Source: an uncultured Bacilli bacterium
Lineage (GTDB): Bacteria > Bacillota_I > Bacilli_A > RF39 > UBA660
NCBI GenBank assembly: GCA_947589375.1
Contig: CANQAO010000001.1
Span: 1 to 37,051 of the forward strand
Length of the DNA: 37,051 nucleotides
Direction: 5' to 3'
The notes beneath the pieces are model-generated. The model was given only the letters and a program-made list of their open reading frames with translations. It was not told the DNA's origin and did no database searches. Both the position numbers and the translations under genes were made by a program. Below, piece by piece: positions 29,101 to 35,279 of the stretch; positions within the stretch are counted from its first letter, which is position 1, and each line of letters begins with the position of its first letter.

Positions 29101-29407
29101 AAAAGTATCTGAAGAACTTCAAATTTATATGTGTGAAGAATGGTTTGAAAAAGAAGCTTTGAAATTAGGTATCAAACAAGTTCGGCAAACTAAAACCTTT
29201 GTGGAAATTACTTTAGATAAAGAACTTACAAAAAAAATAGATGGTGAATATTTGTTTTTTGAGACAAACGAACTTAGCCGAATGTTTAGATTCAGCATGA
29301 AATTTGAACGATTGATAATTATTTTAGATACTATCAAATTAGAAAAACATTTTATTTATTATCTAATTGATTTTATCAAAATATTAGAAAAAAGTATAAA
29401 AAAATAA
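26123..29407 (+). CDS. mfd: Transcription-repair coupling factor Mfd
   Basis: 1094 aa with a UvrB-homology N-terminus, a CarD/RID region, helicase motifs GDVGYGKTEVA, DEEQRFG, SATPIPRT, and the TRG motif. Confidence 0.97.
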   Translation: MSFFENIFTNDKAKEIVGLNTELKSIYTYNLFKKEKKNILLVTSNLHEASKLYTSLTHYTDKVWFFPMDDFLTSEAIAVSPEFKSTRLETINNILNNDKNIIVANLMGYLRFLPPKQNFEQSFLKLKINKEYDMSKLVENLFKLGYKREDLVNMTGEIAVRGFVLDIFPINYDKPIRLEFWGDEISSIKTFNVDNQRTIEEIKEITIYPNTEFLIDQDPFEIPYRDMYKYTKVTNIGGYLDNKITIYDNYNDLKNNYQFLMEEVFEYNISLDRSKDTKYMNSFEEVAEKDPIIFETFLQKENVKNTQILKNVDIPSFKLNKEAINNFLNNSLDKGKKVIVCLDNRYQINKITEFLNNKNIIYTNENKIFDQKINLIVKKISSGFMTDEYVVLSKKELFGEKEDNAYKTKFRYGSRIKDISKLEIGDYVVHGTHGIGKYLGIKTIVKNGLKKDYLTIEYRDSDKLYIPVEKIELISKFSGKEGVVPKINKLGSHEWEKTKAKARKKAFDMAEDLLKLYALRESKQGFAFAKDTEEQIEFEKEFEYEETLDQIRVTEEIKKDMESIKPMDRLLCGDVGYGKTEVAFRAIFKCILSNKQAAILCPTTILSSQHYQNALKRFSSFPINIALLNRFVSSKETKKIIQNLKEGKIDLLIGTHRILSDDIDFKDLGLLVIDEEQRFGVKHKEKIKQYKNNIDVLTLSATPIPRTLQMSIAGLRSLSMIETPPVNRYPIQTYVLAENNQIIKEAIYKELSRNGQAFILFNRIQNIESKLREIEALVPDAKIKFAHGKMDKNELEKVMLEFNNKEFDVLLCTTIIETGIDIPSVNTLIIIDADNFGLSQLYQIRGRIGRSNKIAYCYLMYNQNKVLSEVATKRLKVIKDFTQLGSGFAIAMRDLSIRGAGDILGSEQAGFIDSIGIELFLEMLNEEIQKLKGQEIKPVVLDERPPLIDVETSISDDYVSEEDLKIEIHKKINTIDSYDKLIEVKNEIEDRFGKVSEELQIYMCEEWFEKEALKLGIKQVRQTKTFVEITLDKELTKKIDGEYLFFETNELSRMFRFSMKFERLIIILDTIKLEKHFIYYLIDFIKILEKSIKK

Positions 29408-29460
29408 TTGAGCTTTGATGTCCGTTATTTGGAATTAACATCAAAGCTCAATTGCTTTTT
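29406..29460. terminator. Bidirectional rho-independent terminator between the convergent mfd and pyrophosphatase genes
   Basis: A 16-bp perfect inverted repeat, aattgagctttgatgt (29406-29421) / acatcaaagctcaatt (29438-29453), flanked by A-runs upstream and T-runs downstream. Confidence 0.8.
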
Positions 29461-29479
29461 AGAAGATAAATGAAATAGT

Positions 29480-31096
29480 TTATTTATCTAAATAACTCAT
29501 TAATTTAGGAACAATCTGTTTTTTTCTAGACACAAGACCTTCAAAGAAATGAGCTTCTTTAATATTTTCTAAATTAAAAGCATTTTCGAAAATTTCCTGA
29601 CTTTTTTCATTAAATAAAATATAGGAACCATTTTTTAAAATATCCGTTATAAATAAAGCCGTTGCACGATAATCTTCGTCAGTATACATATTATTTAATT
29701 CTAAAATAATTTCATTTTTGCGTTTTAGTATTTCTTTGGTATTCATTGTAGAGATTTGACCAATACCTACTTTTTGATTATCAATCATAAAGTTTTTAAA
29801 ATCACCATGAATGATTTCACCAACGGATTTGCCTTCAATACTTGAGCCAGCATTAAACATCTGCATGCCAAAATCCGTATAATCAATCCCTGTTTGCTTA
29901 GATAGGGAAAGAAGAGCAGACTTATCAAATAAAGTCGTCGTTGGCGAAGTTAAAAGTAATGTATCAGAAATAATCCCGGCCATCATTAGGCCAGCGATAT
30001 GTCTTGGAATATCGACATTTTGTTCTTTAAACATTAAATACAAAATAGTGTTAGTGCACCCAACTGGCATATTTCTAAAATTAATCGGCATGGTAGTACC
30101 AATATTACCTATTTTATGATGATCGACAATTTCCACAATTTCCGCTTCGTCTAAACCGATAACACTTTGTTCTTTTTCGTTATGGTCCACTAAAATGACC
30201 TTTTTCGGTTTATTATTATCAGCGGTACTAACTCTAAAAATACCACGGCATTTACCAGAGTTACTTAAAACAGGATAATTGCTGAATTTTTTCTTATTAG
30301 CCATATCTAAAACATCAAATAAAGAATCATTTTCATTAACGCAAATAATGTGCATACTGGCAATGTCTTCAATATAGTTACTTAAAATAACTAAATTGGC
30401 AGCCGTAATTCCATTATAATGAGTTTGTATAATATCAACTTTATTTTTTTTCGCAATTTCTAAATGTTCAGGGAGCATTTCGACATTATTAGTTAAAATA
30501 ATGATGGAAGCTGAGCTATTAACCGCATATTCAATAATACTATGTCTATCACCAGTAATTAAAACACTATCGCGATCTATTTTTACTTCTTCTTTAAAAG
30601 TAATACTGCGATATGAAGGGGAAATGATTTCTCCTTCGATTTCTTTATCAAACCTTAAAATAGCTTTACCCTCTAAAGCTTCTAATAAATTGTCGTAAGA
30701 TGTGCGAACACGATTGAAATTACCGGAAATCAAATCACTCATAACGTGTTTAAGGGAAACAGCCCCTTTATATTTGCCTTCCGAAGAAACGATTGGGAGC
30801 ATACTAATATTAGTTTCGCGCATTTGATTATAAGCTTTAAAAATTGAATCTTTTTCATGTAAGAAAAAACCTTTTTCATAATGGACATCTTTAACCTGGA
30901 TACGGACATCATTTAAATATTTGGGAGCTTTTACATCGAAATAATTCAATACAAAAGAGGTTTCTCGGCTAATATTACCGAGAACCCTAGGTTCGGTTTT
31001 TTCTCCCAATTCATTTTTTAAATAAGATAGAACGATTGCTGATGTGACACTATCAGTATCAGGTTTTTGATGACCAAAAATTAAAGTTTTAGCCAT
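29480..31096 (-). CDS. ppaC: CBS-domain-containing family II (DHH) manganese-dependent inorganic pyrophosphatase
   Basis: 538 aa. DHH motifs GHQKPDTDS, VDHNE and IVDHHK are split by an inserted CBS pair/DRTGG-like region, with a DHHA2 C-terminal half. The size matches clostridial CBS-PPases. Confidence 0.85.
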   Translation of the reverse strand: MAKTLIFGHQKPDTDSVTSAIVLSYLKNELGEKTEPRVLGNISRETSFVLNYFDVKAPKYLNDVRIQVKDVHYEKGFFLHEKDSIFKAYNQMRETNISMLPIVSSEGKYKGAVSLKHVMSDLISGNFNRVRTSYDNLLEALEGKAILRFDKEIEGEIISPSYRSITFKEEVKIDRDSVLITGDRHSIIEYAVNSSASIIILTNNVEMLPEHLEIAKKNKVDIIQTHYNGITAANLVILSNYIEDIASMHIICVNENDSLFDVLDMANKKKFSNYPVLSNSGKCRGIFRVSTADNNKPKKVILVDHNEKEQSVIGLDEAEIVEIVDHHKIGNIGTTMPINFRNMPVGCTNTILYLMFKEQNVDIPRHIAGLMMAGIISDTLLLTSPTTTLFDKSALLSLSKQTGIDYTDFGMQMFNAGSSIEGKSVGEIIHGDFKNFMIDNQKVGIGQISTMNTKEILKRKNEIILELNNMYTDEDYRATALFITDILKNGSYILFNEKSQEIFENAFNLENIKEAHFFEGLVSRKKQIVPKLMSYLDK

Positions 31097-31107
31097 AAAA
31101 TTCCTCC

Positions 31108-31773
31108 TTATAAATATTTTTCAGCTATAGCCGTTGCCCAAAGTACTAATAAACAAACAACAACAGTGATGATGAAAGCCGCTATAAAAAATTTAATACT
31201 ACGGGCATAATCACTGCGATGATCATATACGTTTTCTTTTTCAGAAATTTTTGAAGGATCATCATCGATGTGGAAATCCATATGATCGTTAACGAATACT
31301 TCAATTCCGTTTTTACTTTCAGTGACGTTTTCTTTGAAAGAAAATTTAGTTAAGGGCGCAATTTCGTAAAGTGAAAAGTTTTTTTGCTCTGGATTTTCCG
31401 TTAAACTATTAAGTTTATTAGTTACAACATAGATAAGTTCGTCATAAGTTTTAAAACTATATTGTCCTTGATAACCAATTAAATTAGGCTCATAGAAAAA
31501 CCATTCTTTACCATCTGAAAAAGCTACAAACCAATGCCTAAACGTTTGATAATCTTTAGAGGTATCATTTTTTTCAAAGAAAAGTCTCATAACTTCATAG
31601 TCTGATGCTGATAAAAAAAGAGCCATAAATTCCATTGCAGAATTGTTATTGCGTAAATTGAAATTGCGGCCATTAACATGAGCTTTATTATTTTTGATAG
31701 TAAAATCGTATAATTGATTAGGCGTTTTGATTCCAATTTTAGTATAGTCATTTAAAATTTGTTCATTTTCCAT
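31108..31773 (-). CDS. Hypothetical protein with a single C-terminal transmembrane anchor
   Basis: About 221 aa with no motif I recognise and a C-terminal hydrophobic stretch IKFFIAAFIITVVVCLLVLWATAIA. The start is placed at the ATG (MENEQ) 5 nt after GAGGTGG rather than the upstream TTG. Confidence 0.6.
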   Translation of the reverse strand: MENEQILNDYTKIGIKTPNQLYDFTIKNNKAHVNGRNFNLRNNNSAMEFMALFLSASDYEVMRLFFEKNDTSKDYQTFRHWFVAFSDGKEWFFYEPNLIGYQGQYSFKTYDELIYVVTNKLNSLTENPEQKNFSLYEIAPLTKFSFKENVTESKNGIEVFVNDHMDFHIDDDPSKISEKENVYDHRSDYARSIKFFIAAFIITVVVCLLVLWATAIAEKYL

Positions 31774-31896
31774 AATCCACCTCAATTAATCTTTTATAAC
31801 TAATAATATAATACCACATAAACCAGATAATAGCAAAAATAAAAGTATATTTTCTGTCAATTAAACACACACTATACATTAGAAAGAAGGTAAAAA

Positions 31897-32418
31897 ATGA
31901 AAGCAACGGGAATTATAAGGCGAATTGACGATTTAGGAAGAATTGTGATTCCTAAAGAAATACGCCGAAATTTAAGACTGAAAAACGGCGAAAATTTAGA
32001 AATTTTTATCGATGAAAATGAAAACATAATTTTAAAAAAATATAATCAAATTGATAAACTAAAAGAATTTGGGCAAAACATTGCCGATGCCTTTTCTAAT
32101 ATAACCAAAAACAATCTTTTTATTACTAATACCGATACTTTTATTGCCGCTAGCGGTCATAAAAGTAATTATATTGGCAAAGATATTTCCGACGATTTAA
32201 TTTCTTTAATTGTCTCAAGAGGCGATATTAAAATGGAGGGGGCCATTAAAATGACAGCCGCTGAAAATGAACAAGGATTTTTTGCTTTTAGTCCAATCAT
32301 CGCTAGTGGAGATGTTATTGGTTCGGTTATTTTACTGGCGGATCAAGCGATTAGAGATGAGGAATTAAAACTTTTGAAAATAATTTCAACCTTTTTAGCG
32401 AGGTATATTGAAGAATAA
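31897..32418 (+). CDS. spoVT: Stage V sporulation protein T (AbrB-type SpoVT/AbrB N-domain plus GAF-like C-domain)
   Basis: 173 aa. The N-terminus MKATGIIRRIDDLGRIVIPKEIRRNLRL...LEIF is almost identical to recalled B. subtilis SpoVT, and the length and C-terminal domain are consistent. Confidence 0.9.
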   Translation: MKATGIIRRIDDLGRIVIPKEIRRNLRLKNGENLEIFIDENENIILKKYNQIDKLKEFGQNIADAFSNITKNNLFITNTDTFIAASGHKSNYIGKDISDDLISLIVSRGDIKMEGAIKMTAAENEQGFFAFSPIIASGDVIGSVILLADQAIRDEELKLLKIISTFLARYIEE

Positions 32419-32440
32419 AAATAAATATGCTATAATTAGG

Positions 32441-32656
32441 CATAAGCGATGAAGGAAAGAAAAATAGGTGACTTTATAGAGAGTTTATGGTTGGTGGAAA
32501 TAAACAAGGTGACTATTCCGAATGGTTCTGGAGCTTCTTAGCCGAATAATTAAGCTAAGGCGTATATCTGCGTTAAAGATTTAAGGTAAGCAATAGCTTA
32601 TAAATTAAGGTGGTACCACGTAATTTACGTCCTTATGTTTAAGGATGTTTTTTTTT
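32441..32656 (+). promoter_or_regulatory. T-box leader (tRNA-sensing transcription attenuator), probable Met specifier
   Basis: An extended -10 TGcTATAAT (32428-32436) lies upstream. Stem I has a GA/K-turn (gcgATGAagg ... ctgGAGCtt), an AGAGAG box (32478-32483) and a distal-loop motif ggttggtggaaa. The specifier-loop region is ccgaATGgttctggagc (AUG at 32522-32524). The T-box sequence aaggtggtaccacg is at 32607-32620. The terminator stem cgtcctta/taaggatg (32628-32647) is followed by T9. Confidence 0.85.
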
Positions 32657-32669
32657 GGAGATGATTAAC

Positions 32670-33158
32670 ATGCGCAAATTTGAAAAAATCAGTTTATCAC
32701 AGTTTATCAAGGACACAGGATTAACTGAAGCAGAATATCATAAATATAGATTACCTAAAAGAAGCACTAAACATAGTGCGGGTTATGATTTTGCAACCTT
32801 AACTGATTTTACTTTAAAACCAAAAGAAATTAAATTAATTCCAACCGGAATAAAAGCTAATATGAATGAAAATGAGGTATTAATGCTTTATATTCGCAGT
32901 AGTTTAGGGTTTAAATATAATTTACGGATGTGTAATCAAGTAGGTATTATCGATAAAGATTATTATAATAACAAAGACAATGAAGGTCATATTTTTGTAA
33001 AATTACAAAATGAAGGCGATACAATCAAAGAATTTAAATAGGGGGAAAGCATCGTTCAAGGAATTTTTACGAAATTTTTAGTAGTTGATGATGAAAAAGA
33101 AATTACCACGCTTAGGAAAGGTGGAATTGGTAGTACAAATGAGGAGGAAGAAAAATGA
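32670..33158 (+). pseudogene. dut: dUTP diphosphatase (trimeric dUTPase family) interrupted by one in-frame TAG at 33039-33041
   Basis: The N-terminal part (MRKFEKIS...SAGYDF...IPTG...RSSLG...VGIIDKDYYNNKDNEGHIF...) ends at TAG. The same frame then continues for 38 codons, GESIVQGIFTKFLVVDDEKEITTLRKGGIGSTNEEEEK. These carry the conserved QGIF and C-terminal R.GG.GST motifs and end at a TGA overlapping the metG ATG (ATGA, 33155-33158). Confidence 0.8.
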
Positions 33159-34720
33159 AAGATACTTTTTATATTACAACATCAATATTTTATGCATCAG
33201 CCAAACCCCATATTGGCAATTCATATGAGGGCGTTTTAGCGGATGCGATTGCGCGTTATAAAAGACTTACTGGTTATGATGTAAGATTTCATACCGGTAC
33301 TGATGAACATGGGGAAAAAGTCCAAAATAATGCTTTAAAAAACGGCAAAGATCCCCAAGAATATGTGGATGAAATAGCTTTAGAAGTTAAAAGATTATTA
33401 GATATTTTAAACGTTAGTTATGATAAATTTGTAAGAACAACCGATGCGAATCATAAAAAAATTGTCGGTAAAATATTTGAAAAATTATATGAAAATGGCG
33501 ATATATATAAAGGCACATATGAAGGCCTTTACTGCACACCTTGTGAATCTTTTTTTACAGAATCACAGTTAGTAGATGGTAAATGTCCTGACTGCGGAAG
33601 AGAAGTAAAAAAAGCCAGTGAAGAAGCTTACTTTTTAAAACTTAGTAAATATAATGAATGGTTAAAAGATTATATTTTAAACCATCCTAACTTTATTGAA
33701 CCTGAAAGTCGTAAAAATGAAATTATGAATAATTTTATTATTCCGGGAGTTCAAGATTTATGTGTTACTAGAAGCTCATTTGATTGGGGCATTAAAGTAC
33801 CATTTGATCAAAAACATGTAACTTATGTGTGGTTAGATGCCTTAGCTAACTATATTACTTTTTTAGGGTATGATCCCGATAATGAAAGTGATGATTTTAA
33901 TAAATATTGGCCAGCTGATATTCATATTATTGGCAAAGATATTTTAAGATTTCATACAATTTATTGGCCAGTAATGTTAAAAGCTTTAGGTCTTGCAATG
34001 CCGAAAAAAATCTTTGGTCATCCTTGGGTTTTAGCGGCTGATAGTGATAAGATGAGTAAATCTAAAGGTAATGTTTTATATGCTGATAAACTTGTAAATT
34101 TATTTGGTGTTGATGCTGTTAGATATTATTTATTACATGAAATCCCTTATGGACATGATGGTTATATTAGTTATGAATTATTAATTGAAAGAATTAATTC
34201 AGATTTAGCTAATATTTTAGGTAATTTAGTTAATAGAACAATTACTATGGCTCATAAATATTTTGATGGTATTATTTATAAACCAGAAAAATTGGAAGAA
34301 GCTGATTACGAATTAATCGAAATGGCCAAAGGTTTAAAGAATAAAGTCGAAGAAAAGATGAACAATTTAAAAATTGCGGAAGCGATTGATGAAGTTTTTG
34401 AACTATATCGTCGTAGTAATAAATATATCGATGAGACTACACCTTGGATTTTAGCTAAAGATGAAAGTCAAAAAGAAAGACTAAAAACGGTTATTTATAA
34501 TTTGTTAGAAGCCATTAGAACGGCTACGGTTTTCTTACAAGCCTTTTTACCAGATACCGCCGATAAAATTTTTGAGCAGTTAAATACGCAAAATCGACAA
34601 ATTGATTCTGTAGATAATTTTGATGGTATGGATGATGGTATTAAGTTAAATCAGCCAGAAGTATTGTTTGCGAGAATTGATAAAGATAAGAAATTAGAAG
34701 AAATCGAAAATGCCGAATAA
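33155..34720 (+). CDS. metG: Methionine--tRNA ligase (short form without the C-terminal tRNA-binding domain)
   Basis: 521 aa with the class I motifs HIGN (HIGH-type) and KMSKS, and the Zn knuckle CxxC...CPDC. Confidence 0.96.
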   Translation: MKDTFYITTSIFYASAKPHIGNSYEGVLADAIARYKRLTGYDVRFHTGTDEHGEKVQNNALKNGKDPQEYVDEIALEVKRLLDILNVSYDKFVRTTDANHKKIVGKIFEKLYENGDIYKGTYEGLYCTPCESFFTESQLVDGKCPDCGREVKKASEEAYFLKLSKYNEWLKDYILNHPNFIEPESRKNEIMNNFIIPGVQDLCVTRSSFDWGIKVPFDQKHVTYVWLDALANYITFLGYDPDNESDDFNKYWPADIHIIGKDILRFHTIYWPVMLKALGLAMPKKIFGHPWVLAADSDKMSKSKGNVLYADKLVNLFGVDAVRYYLLHEIPYGHDGYISYELLIERINSDLANILGNLVNRTITMAHKYFDGIIYKPEKLEEADYELIEMAKGLKNKVEEKMNNLKIAEAIDEVFELYRRSNKYIDETTPWILAKDESQKERLKTVIYNLLEAIRTATVFLQAFLPDTADKIFEQLNTQNRQIDSVDNFDGMDDGIKLNQPEVLFARIDKDKKLEEIENAE

Positions 34721-34726
34721 AAAAGT

Positions 34727-34769
34727 AAAAATATTGTAAAATCCTAAAAAAAGGGGTTTACAATATTTT
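34727..34769 (+). terminator. Terminator-like hairpin after metG
   Basis: aaaatattgtaaa (about 34727-34740) pairs with tttacaatatttt (34757-34769), and a T-run follows. The 3' arm overlaps the next promoter's -35. Confidence 0.5.
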
Positions 34770-34785
34770 TTTAATGGCATATAAT
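34757..34785 (+). promoter_or_regulatory. Candidate sigma-A promoter for the small membrane protein gene
   Basis: TTTACA (34757-34762), a 17-nt spacer, then TATAAT (34780-34785). Confidence 0.55.
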
Positions 34786-34817
34786 AAGTCGGACACAAAA
34801 AAGAAGGGAGGGATAAA

Positions 34818-35135
34818 ATGTTAAAAGACGCTATTACAAAAGAAGTAACTAGAGATAAAGACGGAAACATCAATATTCTTTATGTTAGTGAAAGATTAAC
34901 ACAACTAAAAGATTCGAGAAAAAAATTTGCTTTATGTTCAGGAACTTCTGGTATCATGGCTTTTATCACAGCTCCATTAGCACCTATTGTTTCATTAGTA
35001 TTTTTAGGAACTGCGATTGGAACTTTAGGGCATTGTTGTGAGATTAATAGAGAATATCAGTCACACAAGAGTGAATTAGAAAAAACGGGCAAAATTAAAA
35101 CTCGTACAATTTTAAGAAGAAAAAACACAATATAG
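34818..35135 (+). CDS. Hypothetical small membrane protein (105 aa)
   Basis: GGGAGGG RBS. A central hydrophobic hairpin FALCSGTSGIMAFITAPLAPIVSLVFLGTAIGTLGHCC is followed by a basic C-terminal tail. No family recognised. Confidence 0.55.
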   Translation: MLKDAITKEVTRDKDGNINILYVSERLTQLKDSRKKFALCSGTSGIMAFITAPLAPIVSLVFLGTAIGTLGHCCEINREYQSHKSELEKTGKIKTRTILRRKNTI

Positions 35136-35165
35136 AATGGTATTAACACTATATTGTTTTTTTTT
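35127..35165 (+). terminator. Rho-independent terminator
   Basis: Stem acaatatag (35127-35135) / ctatattgt (35149-35157), followed by a T-run. Confidence 0.65.
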
Positions 35166-35223
35166 ATGAAATTATAAAAAAGGTTTTTATTTGTCATTTT
35201 TAGACAAAAAGTGTTGAGATTTA

Positions 35224-35252
35224 AAGAAATAATTGATATAATACAATTTGTA
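35224..35252 (+). promoter_or_regulatory. Candidate sigma-A promoter for the ANL ligase gene
   Basis: TTGAGA (35224-35229), a 17-nt spacer, then TATAAT (35247-35252). Confidence 0.55.
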
Positions 35253-35279
35253 GTATGTTGTACGATAGGGGGAATTTGA

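Noticed and set aside
33039-33041. The in-frame TAG in dut as evidence for TAG reassignment or pyrrolysine
   Set aside because: TAG terminates several conserved genes in this window at their expected C-termini (gyrB ...NLDV, dnaX, tadA, mnmE, the yabB-like methyltransferase). No pyl genes are visible and dUTPases are not known Pyl proteins. A nonsense mutation, a sequencing error or simple read-through are more parsimonious.
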